NCBI RefSeq assembly: GCF_006345805.1
Contig: NC_043023.1
Location: 18,476,001 to 18,540,000 of the forward strand
Direction: 5' to 3'
From: Octopus sinensis
Lineage: Eukaryota
DNA: 64,000 nt
Both the position numbers and the translations under genes were made by a program. How positions within the stretch are numbered: the first letter of the stretch is position 1; each line of letters starts with the position of its first letter. This document shows positions 39,760-52,407 of the stretch, one piece after another. Below the pieces are notes generated by a model. It was given only the letters and a program-made list of their open reading frames with translations. It did not search any database and was not told where the DNA came from.

Positions 39760-40850
39760 GTTAGCAGCAGCTAGTTCGTTATGAATTATTTTCTTTGATT
39801 GTTTAAGCAGTAGTAGTATTGACGAAGAAGAAGAATGATGGGGGGCTATGACAGTTGTAGAATGTTGATGGAATCTTCGTAAATGGTCATGTACCTAAAA
39901 GTGACTCGTTGTGGATGATATTAGTTATTGAAATCGTTCTGAATAAATTCTTGAGAGGACGGTTTTGAATATATCGTTTTTAAAATACTTGCTTGGGTAT
40001 TGTTCTACGGCCCTGGTGATAGCGTCATTTGTTGTGGATGCGTTCAAAAGAGGTTTGTATTTTGTAATAAAGAATGACTCTTCATTATTGCGCCGACTAC
40101 AGATTGTATCGTCCCTGAATCGATAGAGTGGAAATATTATGAAGCTTGGTTGTTTGTTATTGGCACAAATGTCGTTGAGTTCGTTGAATGCTGTTTCTCT
40201 GATTTTCGGAATTTTGATCTGGGATCTGTGCAGAGCAATCCTTTGTCATAGACTGTTTTTTGCTTGGACAATGTATTGCTCTCGACACCCAGCCCAGCTT
40301 AATACGTATATCAGGCTCTCCGAAGTACATGTGAAGTTGCTTTTCACTGTGAAACCTTGGCTTTGTTTGAAAGAGTAACTCTGATCCTTAAATTAGATCG
40401 ACACATAGTTAGGCCTTCCTGTATCTTTTAACTGACGGATTCAGTGTTGTTGTTGAGCGTATTCTGCCTTGCGTTAGGATACTTTTCATAGATTTGGGCT
40501 GACGTTTGCTTTTATGATGTGTGCGTTTCGGGGACTAAATTCGTTCTGTGGTCCCTTTTTAGTAGGGGGATGTTTTGGAGAATGGTGTCGAAGGCTTCAT
40601 TGTTAAGAGGGTTGTGTGTGGAGATGTATGGTAGGGCTTTTGGCTGTTAATCTTTCATTAATTTGGGAATGTATGAGTTCGTGAATGTTGAGGTGTAGGC
40701 CACGTTGAAAGCATGTTTATGTAGTCGTGTGTCCTTGGTGCATGGAATAGAAACTATAGTACAAATCGTTTTTGCTAGGTTGAAAGGGATATTCATTCTA
40801 GTATGTCTGGGGTGGCATGAGTGGAACGGTAGGAAATGATTCAATGTAAC
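39760..40850 (-). mobile_element. Penelope-like element 3' half (RT thumb plus GIY-YIG), degenerate; inverted partial copy at ~41250-41430
   Basis: FLPFHSCHPRHTRMNIPFNLAKTICTIV; NFTCTSESLIYVLSWAGCREQYI. 41250-41430 is the reverse complement of ~39880-40050. Confidence 0.75.
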
Positions 40851-41477
40851 ATGTTATAAAATGCATTTATAATGAATGCACGACTCTAATTGCAAAGATG
40901 ATTATTCAGCAAAATGACGTTTAATGATGTCTTCATTAAGGTCTCTGCTAACAATTCATTATTATTCTCTTAGAAACTGAAACATTACGAATGACATCTT
41001 TCAACTGATCTATTCATTCATTTTGAGGAATGAATGAAAATAACAAAGCTCTCGGGTATTTCATTCAATTCCAAGACAAGTAAAAGCACTTAAGATATTA
41101 AAGGATTTCAATGTGATTATGTGGAGGGGGTCACCTGCACGGCAGGCTACAGTATGTTATGGATGTACATTTCACAATATAACCGTAATACATGTGTCAA
41201 TCTACTTGAAGGATCAGAGTTCTCTTTGAAACAAAGTCAACGTTTCACAGTTGACTCTGTTTGAATGCATTCACAACAAATGACACTACCGCCTGGGCAG
41301 TAGAACAACACTCACATAAGTATTGTAAGAACGATATATTCAAAACCGTCCCCTCAAGAATTTATTCTGAACGATTTCAATAACTAATATCATCCACAAC
41401 GAGTCACTTTTAGATTACTTGACCATTTAAAATGATTCCACCAAAATTCTGCTACTCTCATACCTCTCCGCATATTT

Positions 41478-41517
41478 TTTTCTTCTTCGTCTTCTTCTTC
41501 TTCTTCTTCTTCTTCTT

Positions 41518-41548
<31 letters not shown>

Positions 41549-41715
41549 ATCTTCTTCTTCTTCTTCATCTTCTTCTTCTTCTTCTTCCTCTTCTTCATCT
41601 TCTTCTTCTTCATCTTCTTCTTCTTCATCTTCTTCTTCTTCATCTTCTTCTTCTTCATCTTCTTCTTCTTCATCTTCTTCTTCTTCATCTTCTTCTTCTT
41701 CTTCTTCTTCTTCTT
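41478..41715. repeat. (CTT)n with periodic CAT interruptions; a separate (GAA)n lies at ~42995-43075
   Basis: Read directly. Confidence 0.95.
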
Positions 41716-42155
41716 TTTCTGCTTTAATACTAATACTTCTTAAACAACCAAAGACAAGAATTCATATCTAACTAGTTGCAGGTAACTACCTACAACCCAA
41801 AAGATTAAAAAAAGAGAGACAGAGGCAGGCAAAAAAAGGAAAATGTCCCTTGCACTGGAAAACTATGGAAATATATATATTTTAAAAAACAATTCATTTT
41901 AAGTTTTCCACAATTTAATTGTTTTTTATGCTTTAGTCTAAGTTGAAAAAGTCGCAAAGACTGAAACCAGTACTAAAATGATATTGATGATAAAATTATT
42001 TTAGCATTTTCTACCTTGTCTTATTTTCCTTATACATATCAAATCGTGTGTCCCTTTTCAACCGTCTACACAAAAACATATCGAATAATTCCCATTTGGT
42101 GACATCTTAGATATTCTTATATGTATGTATGTATGTATGTATACACACACACACA

Positions 42156-42205
<50 letters not shown>

Positions 42206-42407
42206 CCATGGTAATACAAAATATATATTATCTCAGACGTTCAAAGATATTCACAAACAGTCACATACATCTACTGAGAGAGAGAGAGAGAGAGAGAGAT
42301 TATAGGTGTGGGACTAAGGAGAGCTATAAATGGGAGATGAGAAAACATTAAATATTTACAAATATATACATTCAATGAAATAAATCAATATAAATGATCC
42401 AACTTAC

Positions 42408-42479
42408 AGATCTGTTAAACTGGGAAGATTTTGGAAGGCTCCTGATTCGATTTTCCTGATATCATTATAAGCCAAAACT
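42408..42479 (-). CDS. LRR exon 8 of 8 seen: VLAYNDIRKIESGAFQNLPSLTD(L)
   Basis: 72 nt, GTTACAG acceptor, GTAAGT donor, phase 2 on both sides, LRR consensus. Confidence 0.93.
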
Positions 42480-43392
42480 CTGTAACATCAAGTTCAATTG
42501 ATGAGAAATTGAATGGAACAGATTTGTGATATACTATCACATATTAGACTAAACAATTGAACGACGGAAGAAAGAAAGTGGATTACCGGTGAAGGTGATA
42601 AGCATAAAGATAACGATGAAGAAAGGAGAGGGAAAAAGTTGGTACCAATGATGTAATAATGAAGTTAATGGTAATTATTCTGATAATGATGCTCATTAGT
42701 ACGTTTATCTTTATGATGATTATGATATTGAGGATGACTGTTGGCCATGATAGTGATGGGGAAGATATTTGAAGTGGATTATAGCAATGAATGATATTGA
42801 AGATGAAGATGATAATGAATGTGACGATGTAGACAGTTAAGGAAAGATAAGAATTGTGACAATGATTAGGGTGAGGATAACGAAAAAGGCCTCATTAGAT
42901 GCCAAGATGGTGATATAAATTACAATTATTGAGATGAATAGAAAACTAGCGAAAGATAAAAGAAAATACGAAGAAAATATGGAACATAAGAGAGAAGAAG
43001 AAGAAGAAGAAGAAGAAGAAGAAGAAGAAGAAGAAGAGAAGAAGAAGAAGAAGAAGAAGAAGAAGAAGAAGAATTCTAAGTATAGAAAAGTTAGCAAATT
43101 ACATTTTAGAAATAAGAGAAGATGAAGAAATATTGGAAGAAATTTAAATATGAAGAATGTACTTCTAAATAGAAAAATGAAATAAGACTTCAATATGCTG
43201 ATCAGCGTTAATCTAATGGTAAACTCAGTACATGACATCTAGACTGGATTACAGACACACGTTGATAATCTCGCATATTCGAATCTAGACACAATATATA
43301 TATATCTAATATAGGATAAAAATTCTCGAAAAATATTTTATCAATGGCCAGCATATTAAAAAAATACCTTTAAAGGTTAAATTTTATAAACA

Positions 43393-43813
43393 ACTTATGA
43401 ACAAGGGCAAAAGAAAAATGTTTCCATGCCAAATATACCGAAATATAGATTTAATTGTCAATAACCATATAATTTATCCCTATAAGCACGCGTCTCGAAA
43501 GCAAGCCGATAGAAATTTCTAAACAATATCGTTATTATCGGATCGGTCCCAATTTCTGAGTTAATTAATTTAGAATTTTTCGTCATCAGCGACAAATAAG
43601 ATAAGAAAATAAACGAGATACTTCCTTGTACCCATGGAAGAATTAACTCAGAAATTGGGACTGATCCGATAATAACGAAATTTTTTAGAAATTTCTATCG
43701 GCTTGCTTTCGAGACGCAAGCTTATAGTGAAAACTTATATGGTTATTGAAAATTAAGTCTATATTTCGGCATTTTTGGCATTGGGATTTTTTCTTTTGCC
43801 CTTGTTTATAAGT
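43393..43813. repeat. Imperfect inverted repeat (~175-bp arms, ~75-bp spacer), MITE/foldback-like
   Basis: 43393-43566 pairs with 43641-43813. Confidence 0.85.
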
Positions 43814-43824
43814 GGTATATATAT

Positions 43825-43868
<44 letters not shown>

Positions 43869-44111
43869 CAAAAGAAACCAGGACGCAAAGGATTTTGCGG
43901 TACATATTTTCGGGCTCTATAGAACACCTTATTCTTATATCAATGCTTTTTCTTATACAACAATAAGTTGTTCAATAAAACCCGAAACATATGTACCGCA
44001 AAATCCTTTGCATCCTGTTTTTCTTTTGATACATATATACAATCACCTATACCACTAGCTGGCATATATAGGTGCTTCATTTATCAAGTATTCACCCTGA
44101 ATTTATATATA

Positions 44112-44152
<41 letters not shown>

Positions 44153-44377
44153 TGAATAAAATGGTTCGTCTGATGTGTCAAACTCACATATATAAAAACA
44201 GATACTCATATTCCCTCAGACATGACATTCACAAGCAATCATACGTTCTTATTAGGGGAGAATGAGAATATTGGGAGAGAATAACTGAGAGAGTGGGAAA
44301 GTAAGGATGTGAAGATATTAAATATTAAGAAAGATATTGTCAATGAAATGCTAGCAACAAGTCTGATCTTCACTTAC

Positions 44378-44449
44378 AATGTTGTTAAACTGGGGAGATT
44401 TTGAAAGGATCCGGCTTTGAGTTCTTTTATATCATTGTAATGCAAATAT
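44378..44449 (-). CDS. LRR exon 7 (A type): YLHYNDIKELKAGSFQNLPSLTT(L)
   Basis: 72 nt, CTTACAG acceptor, GTAAGT donor, phase 2. Confidence 0.93.
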
Positions 44450-44592
44450 CTGTAAGATTAAATTAATTTGAAAAGAAATATCATGGAATAGGTATCTGAT
44501 AAAATGACACATATTATGACAAAATAATAAGATGAGGGAAAAAGAAAGTAGATAATGATGAGGATAAATTTCAAGATGATGGAGATAATGGT

Positions 44593-44802
44593 GGCGGTAT
44601 CGTTAGCACGCCGGCCGAAAATGCTTAGCGGTATTTCGTCTGCCGTTACGTTATGAGTTCAAATTCCGCCGAGGTCGATTTGCCTTTCATCCTTTCGGGG
44701 TCTATAAATTAAGTACCAGTTGCGCACCGGGGTCGATATAATCGACTTAATCTGTTTGTCCTCTCTGTGTTTAGCCCCTTGTGGGTAGTAAAGTAATAGG
44801 TA
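44593..44802 (+). mobile_element. tRNA-derived SINE, intronic
   Basis: Same family as the copies at 7-24 kb. Confidence 0.8.
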
Positions 44803-45104
44803 TATGAACGTTGCATATGTTTTGATATATTTTCTTCCGAATCCTATTTTGGGAATATAAGGGAGATAGGTATAAGGAAAGAAGAATAAAATGGTGAAAA
44901 GAGAAAGCAGGAAACAAAGGAAGAAAGAAAGAATAAGAAGGAAGGCGAACAGGAGGAGGAGGAGGAAGAAGCAGGAGGAGGAGGAAATGGAGGACTCAGA
45001 AGAAAGAGAAGGAAATATAGAAGAGTAATAAGATGTAAAAGAAGAGGTAGAGGAAGAAGAGAAAGAAGACGCATGTGTCATGGAGAGAGAAGTGTGGGTG
45101 GGCA

Positions 45105-45550
45105 AACCATCATGGTTTGGGTGCGATAGGGATGGATCAGAGAATTGGGCAGCACGAGTTCCCTGATGTTGGTGCAGGCAGAGGGAATAGCATCACAGCG
45201 CAGTTCTAAGTTGACCAGATCCTAAGACCTCACATTGTGCCATTCTTCGAGCGTCACCATAGCCGCGTGTTCCGTCAGAACAATGCTCTGTGCCACATGG
45301 CCAGGTTCGCCATGGACTCCTGCGTTAGCACAACATCATAATCAGTGCGTGGCCGGCTCTCAGCCCGGATTTGAATACAAGTGGACACCGCTGGGATGAA
45401 ATCCTGAGGAAGCTGAACCAGGGGCTCCCAAGGCCGACAACTCATGTGCCTCATGTTGGGGGCACAGGTACCCCTGACTTTTGTGAACCGCCTCATCCAC
45501 TCCATGTATATGGCCGTTTTGAACACCCAGAGAAAGCATATACGGTATCG
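45105..45550 (+). mobile_element. Tc1/mariner transposase C-terminal fragment, degenerate
   Basis: TIMVW, ILRPHIVPF, QNNALCHMAR (DNA motif decayed), WPALSPDLN, HRWDEI, RLIHSM across frameshifts. Confidence 0.8.
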
Positions 45551-45985
45551 AAGCCCTACAATCTCGATGGACTGGATTTCACCCACTACCAGAACACATG
45601 GCAACGACCCATAGACTGTGGTCAAAGCGCATCCTAGAAATTGATTTCATCAGATATATCAAAATTATTTCTGTGATAATGAAATTGAAACATATTTCAC
45701 AGTGACACAGGTCTTGTGTTTATTTTGCAGATCAGTTTTTGTGTTGTGTGTGTGTGTGTATACATGTACATATGTGTGTGTATATATGTATATGTATATA
45801 TATTATATGCATATATCAAATAGGCGAATGAGTGGCTGAGCAGTAAGAAGCTTGCTAGCGAACCACATGTTTCAGGGTTGAGTCCCACTGATTGGCTCCT
45901 TGAACAAGTGTCTTCTTCTATAGCCTCACGCCGACCAAAGCGTTGTGAGTGGATTTGGAAGATGGAAACTAATAGAAGCCCTTCG

Positions 45986-46077
<92 letters not shown>

Positions 46078-46276
46078 TATATATACACATATATATATAT
46101 ATATATAATATTAATTAGAGACAAAACCACTATTATGCAAATCAAACAAAGAAAGATTTAATCCAACACATAAAAAATTTTATATAATTAAATATAATTA
46201 AGATATCCACTACGATCGTTTCTTGTCACTTCTATTGACATTCATCAGTTTAAAACTTGCAAAGAATGTCTTGAAA

Positions 46277-46322
46277 CCACCTGATGAATGTCAATAGAAG
46301 TGACAAGAAACGATCGTAGTGG
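46277..46322 (+). ncRNA. Minimal type-I hammerhead ribozyme motif (PLE-type)
   Basis: CCAC-CTGATGA-a-TGTCA(atagaag)TGACA-a-GAAA-C(GATC)G-TA/GTGG: stems I and II pair, palindromic tetraloop in stem III, predicted cut 46318/46319. Confidence 0.75.
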
Positions 46323-46504
46323 ATATCTTAATTATATTTAATTTATATAAATTTTTTTATGTATTGGATTAAGTCTTTCTTTGTTTGATTTGCATAATAG
46401 TGGTTTTGTCTCTAATTAATATTATATTATATTTTACTATAAAATTGGATTCAATCCTAAATCTGATTTTCCCTGTAAATTTGGATTTATTCCCTAATAT
46501 TTAT

Positions 46505-46537
<33 letters not shown>

Positions 46538-47249
46538 AATGTTTGTCTGTGTGTGTGTGTGTGTGTTTGTGTGTGTAAGAGATAATAGTGTCACTGAGAG
46601 CCAAAGGTGTCAGGTAATGCTGAATAAGTGATATAGACAGACCATAGTTAAGTTTCAGATTCGGTAATATTGCGAATAAAGGGTTCAACGTTGGTTCTAT
46701 GTCAGCGTGTGTATATACGAATTGTTTGCGTAATGAGATAAAAACCAAGGCTGTATAGATATTAGAGCATTTATAGATAGAAGGTCTTACAGCTGTTTCT
46801 AAGATATTAATTATTAATATCCCTTCATCGGATATTAATAATATCCCTTATTTATCTCTCTCTCTCACTCTCTCTCTCTCTCTCTTTCATTCCTCTCTTC
46901 TTATTTTCAATTTAACCATACTAATACATTCCTTATTTCTAGGTCAGTTTAAATACAAACCTTGAATCTGTTACACTCTGTATAAATTACCTACTGAGAA
47001 TGGCCATCTTTAAGGAATTTTACATTGCTTATAAACTCTATATCTGGATGGATTAATATTAAACTCTGTTGGACTTTTGGATTTTACTCAAAGGATATTG
47101 GAATATTAGACATATATACCATTATGCCCATAAAACGGATTTACGAACTCAATACCCATATATATCTTACATCTATTTTCTTTCCTCCACCTCACTCTCC
47201 ATTTGTATCACATCGAAACTAATTAGGACTTAATTTTTCCTCTCACACC

Positions 47250-47301
47250 GTCTCTGATGAAGGAATATTATTAATGAATATCTTATAAACAGCTGTAAGA
47301 C
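47250..47301 (+). ncRNA. Hammerhead-like motif of a second PLE-type family; variant copies at 51867-51918, 55566-55617, inverted partial 46729-46832
   Basis: GTCT-CTGATGA...AAAC-AGCT-GTA-AGAC. Each copy has a core change (GAAA to TAAA, or CTGATGA to CCGATGA/CCGATAA). Confidence 0.6.
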
Positions 47302-47378
47302 CTTCTATCTATAAATGCTCTAATATCTATACAGCCTTGGTTTTTATCTCATTACGAAAAAAAATTCTTATATATAAG

Positions 47379-47409
<31 letters not shown>

Positions 47410-47602
47410 TTGTAGACAACAAACAGGCGTTTTAGTATAACGCTCGGGAAGTGGAAAAGTCTTTAACGTTTCGAGCCTACGCTCCTCCGCAGGAAGGAAC
47501 ACAGAAAGAAACAAGGAGAGATAATAAAGAAGGAGAGAAAATAAAGAGAAAAAATAAAATTAAAAAAAAAATATGTCTGTGTGTGTGTGTGTGTGTGTGT
47601 GT

Positions 47603-47895
47603 GGAGGCGCAATGGCCAGTGGTTAGGGCAGTGGACTCGCGGTCGTAGGATCGCGGTTTCGATTCCAGACCAGGCGTTGTGAGTGTTTTTTGAGCGAAAC
47701 ACCTAAAGCTCCACGCGGCTCCGGCAGGGGGTGGTGGTGATCCCTGCTGTACTCTTTCGCCACAACATTCTCTCACTCTTTCTTCTGTTGGCCTGCTCTC
47801 TTCGCCAGCGGAGTGGCATCATTTGAAGGCTAAAACAATGCGAAGCGCATTGTGACCAGCGATGTGTAGCAACATCTGATAGCCTGGTCGATCCC
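47603..47895 (+). mobile_element. tRNA-derived SINE of a further family
   Basis: GGAGGCGCAATGGCCAGTGGTTAG A-box and GGTTTCGATTCC B-box followed by a non-tRNA body. Confidence 0.75.
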
Positions 47896-48214
47896 GGTGA
47901 TATCCATATATATACATATAAATACACACACACATATATATACACATATATACATATATATAAAGGTGGGTGAGCAAAATGATAACCCTCATGCATCACA
48001 CACCCATATATACCAAATGTATACCAACACACTCTCATATTCCCTTTCAGAGACATTCAAAGATATTCACAAACAATCACGCGCTCTTACTAAGGGAGAG
48101 TAAAAATATAGGGAGAGATTAGTTGAGAGAGCAATACAAGGACGATGTGAAGAAATTAAATACTTCGGAATATATCATCAATGAAATGTTATCACTGGGA
48201 ATGTTCAAACTTAC

Positions 48215-48286
48215 ATCGCATCTAACCTAGGAAGATTCTGGAAGGCTCCTGCATGGATTTCCTTAATATCATTTTCATGCAAAACC
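48215..48286 (-). CDS. LRR exon 6 (B type): VLHENDIKEIHAGAFQNLPRLDA(I)
   Basis: 72 nt, ATTACAG acceptor, GTAAGT donor, phase 2. Confidence 0.93.
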
Positions 48287-49120
48287 CTGTAATATAAAAT
48301 TCAGCTGAGCAAAAATTGTATGCAATACATGTGGTTAAAATTAATTAGGTGATGGTAAAAATGGATGTAGATTAAAGCGATGATGATAGCGGCGTTATTA
48401 GTGATTAATGAAAGGAAGAGGGGGAGAAGGAATATGGTGTTAGCGATGATGATGATGATGGTATTATCATAGTCATCGTGGTGGGAGAGTGAAGCTGATT
48501 CTTCTTATAATGATGTTCATTAGTATATTTATGGTGATGATGATCATGATATTGAGGCTGATCATAATGGTAGAGATGCTTTATGATGAAGAATTATGTT
48601 GATAACGAAAATAATGATGACGGTGATTATGACGAGGGCGGCGACATTATGATGATGGTGACGGTGGTGGTGATAACAACAGTACAAGTATTAGACGAGT
48701 CAAAAAGGGCAATCAGTGTTATTCTAAAGGTAAACACAGTCCATGCTTTGCAGACTGACTTAGAAACACATTGATATTCTCGCATCGATTCATGCATAAA
48801 CAACGATAAAGAAGCACACACACACACACACATACACACACACACATACACACAGGCCCACAAACACACACAGAGGCCCACACACAAGGTTCAAGACAGC
48901 AGAGGCAAAGGGCACTGATGAAATTTGCACCGAACATGACATCAGATTGCATATCCCACATTGTACAGTCGATGCAGCTAAAACGCGTGTAGGTCCAGTA
49001 AAAGATGGTGTTAATAACTATTAAATAACAGTAAAGATGTGAAAAAGTACGCTCTTCTTATTAATACTAAATATATATGTAAATATCTATCTATCTATCT
49101 ATCTATCTATCTTCTTTACT

Positions 49121-49217
<97 letters not shown>

Positions 49218-49336
49218 TATAATCATAATTGTTAAATTTTATGTTTCTAGTTCGACAATAGAGTTTATTATAGGTAAACTTATTATGTTTAAAAATATTG
49301 TTTAAATATTTCTGTTTATATTTTAGATGTTTAATT

Positions 49337-49399
49337 CACCTGAAGATTGACTGTAACTCGAATTATTATGAATTGTACAGCCATGAAACGATCGTAGTG
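49337..49399 (+). ncRNA. Minimal hammerhead motif, relative of the 46277 copy
   Basis: CAC-CTGAAGA-[TGACTGTA...TACAGCCA]-GAAAC-GATC-GTA-GTG; downstream ~200 bp similar to 46330-46500. Confidence 0.6.
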
Positions 49400-50299
49400 T
49401 TACTCTTTATGATTTATTAATCTTACAATACTTTTGATATTTTAAAATAATATAAATTAATTTTATGTATTGGCTTATGTTTTTCATTGTGTGATTTGCC
49501 TAATAGTGGTTTTATCTCTAATATAATATATATATTTATACTATAAAATTGGATTTAATGCTAAATCTGATATTTCCCTGTAAGTTTGGATTTATTCCCT
49601 AATATTTAATTATATATATATATATATTATAATATATATATATATATACGAAAAGAAATAATATTTGGTTCTTTTTAAGGATACAAAATGGTTTATAGGA
49701 CTGCAAATGTAAGTGCTCAATTGTAAATGAGATTAAGATAAAGAAACATTGATCATAGAACAAACATCAAATGTGAGTCGACGATTTTATATATAACACC
49801 ATACCTCGATCATGTAGTCATATGTAAATATTACCATGGTCTTTGAACATATAAAATATACATTTACATAAAAAAAGAGAAGGTAAAAATATATATGCGA
49901 ATAAAATAAAAAATATATATAGAACAGCCTATCAAAAAGGTAAATATAAAAAACTAAAAATTCCTAAGAATTATAAAGCGTGTCACACTACAAAAAAAAC
50001 TAATAAACTAAGATGAAACAAAATATCAAACGACTAAAAATATTTTTAAATGTTCTTTTTTACTCCCTTCACAAAACGTACGTCCAAAATATTCAATTCT
50101 TAAAACCATGGTAGGTTACAGTCCATGAGCAAGGAGAGTTCCACAAGGTCAATTCAAACAAACCTATGGCCATTTCGATTATATTAAAGTGTATAACGGC
50201 AATGTCCCTCTCTTCAGGATGAACAGGAACCAGGAAACACGCACAGAGCAAAACTAAAATGTTCATATAACGCCACATGGCTAATTGTAAGATAAACCC

Positions 50300-51240
50300 G
50301 TCATTGCAGCAAAATTTTCTAACACATAAAGAAACACCGAATTATTTTATTGCTAAACATGCAGGTGGCTGTTGTTAAGAGAAATTTATACTCGCTGGTT
50401 TCAAAACCCTATAAAATTAACCATTATTTACTACATCTACTTTTATTTCTAAACTCTTTCAGAAAAGTAGACGGAAACATATGGGTGTAAAAAGGGATCA
50501 CCTCAGTAACTTTATTTAAGCCCAAAAGACTTAAGGATGGCAAGGGATTCCCTTACACATAACCTATTGAAATTAACTGTGAAATAAGGAGCCCTCGAAA
50601 TAACAGACCATTCAAGAGAATATCTTTTAGTTATTCCTCTTTAAACTCTGTATATAAGAATCAAATGTAGTAGAATAACAGTATTCATCGTTGGAAAACG
50701 AATTCATGTGAGCCCTATACATAGTCTTAAGATTTACAGCACTGCCTATATAAAACTTATCCAAATTAACATCCTCTTTAACAAAGCATTTATATATTGT
50801 TTAATAGAGAGGCAAAGCCAATCAAGGAGACATAATACAGTGTTTCTACAATTATACGATTTACCAAAGCCATTCCTAACTTTATTACTACAACTGACAT
50901 TATTTGTCTGGCTTCCCACCTTCTTTCCTTCAGATATCCCATTACTAGGATTCGATAAGACCGGTGGGAGCAAATTGTTTGTAGCACTAAACTTAGGCAT
51001 ATAAGAGAATATCTGGCCAGTAGCAGGGTTTTCCAGCAGAAGAATACTTCCTCAGCCCTTTCCCAATTAACTTGCTTCTATTAAGAGACGCAATAATGGA
51101 GGTCATAGTTGGCGTTACTGAGTAAGAGAATTTGATGGAAGACTTATTGCAAATGCTGCAGTATTTATGATTGTTTGGGAAAATCTTCTTCAGAATCTTA
51201 AACAACAATTTGGTCAAGGTTCTTTCTCTAAGAGAAAAAG
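50300..51240 (-). mobile_element. Penelope-like element 3' fragment (linker plus GIY-YIG C-terminus), intronic; paralog ~53660-54600
   Basis: FPNNHKYCSICNKSSIKFSYSVTPTMTSII, YNCRNTVLCLLDWLC, WSVISRAPY match PLE FPxxHKLxKIFNRNxxKxSYS, CNCRxxxxCPL and WxIxxxAxxY motifs. Confidence 0.75.
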
Positions 51241-51660
51241 TCAGGGGCGAACCATATTGTATCCGGTATGCTAGAACGTGAGTTCTTGCTTTTATTGTCT
51301 CCTCTCTTTCACTATTTCGCTTCCTCTATCTATTCCTAACATCTTTACATATGTCACACCTTACAATCTCGATGGACTGGATCCACCCACTACCAGAACA
51401 CATGATAACGACCCATATATATATATTTACATGCGTGCATAAAATGGTTCGTCTGATGTGTCACACTCACGTATATAAAAACAGATACTCTTATTCCCTC
51501 AGAGATGACATTCATAAGCAATCATACGTTCTTATTAGGGGAGAGAGTGAATATTGGGAGTGAACAAATGAGAGAGTGGGAAAGTAAGGATGTGAAGATA
51601 TTAAAAATTTAGAAAGATATTGTCAATGAAATGCTAGCAACAAGTCTGATCTTTACTTAC

Positions 51661-51732
51661 AATGTTCTTAAACTGGAGAGATTTTGGAAGGATCCGGCTT
51701 TGAGTTCTTTTATATCATTGTTATTCAAATAT
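51661..51732 (-). pseudogene. LRR exon 5 (A type) lacking its splice acceptor: YLNNNDIKELKAGSFQNLSSLRT(L)
   Basis: Open 72-nt LRR with GTAAGT donor, but the upstream side reads ...CACCACCGTC with no AG; ~310 bp deleted relative to 55123-55433. Confidence 0.8.
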
Positions 51733-52011
51733 GACGGTGGTGGCGACTAAAACGCGACAGCATAATGATGATGGATGGTGAGCATGGAGGTGATGATTTA
51801 GTAGAAGTATTAGATGAATAGGAAAACTTGTGACATACAAGAATAAATTGTATTTCCTCTCACACCGTCTCCGATGAAGGGATAATATTACTTAATATCC
51901 CAGAAACAGGTGTAAGACCTTCTATCTATAAATGCTCTAATATCTATAGAGCCTTGGTTCTATCTCATTACGAAAAAAATTCTTATATATATGAATATAT
52001 ATATATATTAT

Positions 52012-52064
<53 letters not shown>

Positions 52065-52318
52065 TTGTGTGTGTGTATGTTTGTAGACAACAAATATGTG
52101 TATTAGTATAACGCTCGGGAAGTGAAAATTCTTTAACTTTTCGAGCCAACGCTCCTCCACAGGAAAGATCACAGAAAGAAACAAGGATAGATAAAAAGGA
52201 GTGAAAATAAAGAAAATAGAAAGAAAAAATAAAGTGAAAAAGTGAAAAGAGAATATATAAATATATTTATATATATATATATACAAATATATATATACAT
52301 AAATATACATAAATATAC

Positions 52319-52407
<89 letters not shown>

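Noticed and set aside
41316-41383. Possible ninth LRR exon (GTGAG donor on minus strand)
   Set aside because: 68 nt, no LRR pattern, and it is an inverted copy of the PLE sequence at ~39930-40000.
48935-48995. CTGATGA...AAACGCGTGTAGG hammerhead-like string
   Set aside because: GAAA is missing and no convincing stem I or II.
50093-50278. Signal-peptide-like 61-aa ORF (MWRYMNILVLLCACFLVPVHPEER...) open in three copies (also 53454-53639, 57599-57784)
   Set aside because: It overlaps a hammerhead-like motif next to a PLE fragment, and the copies are recent duplicates, so ORF retention is uninformative. A small secreted peptide is not excluded but is unsupported.
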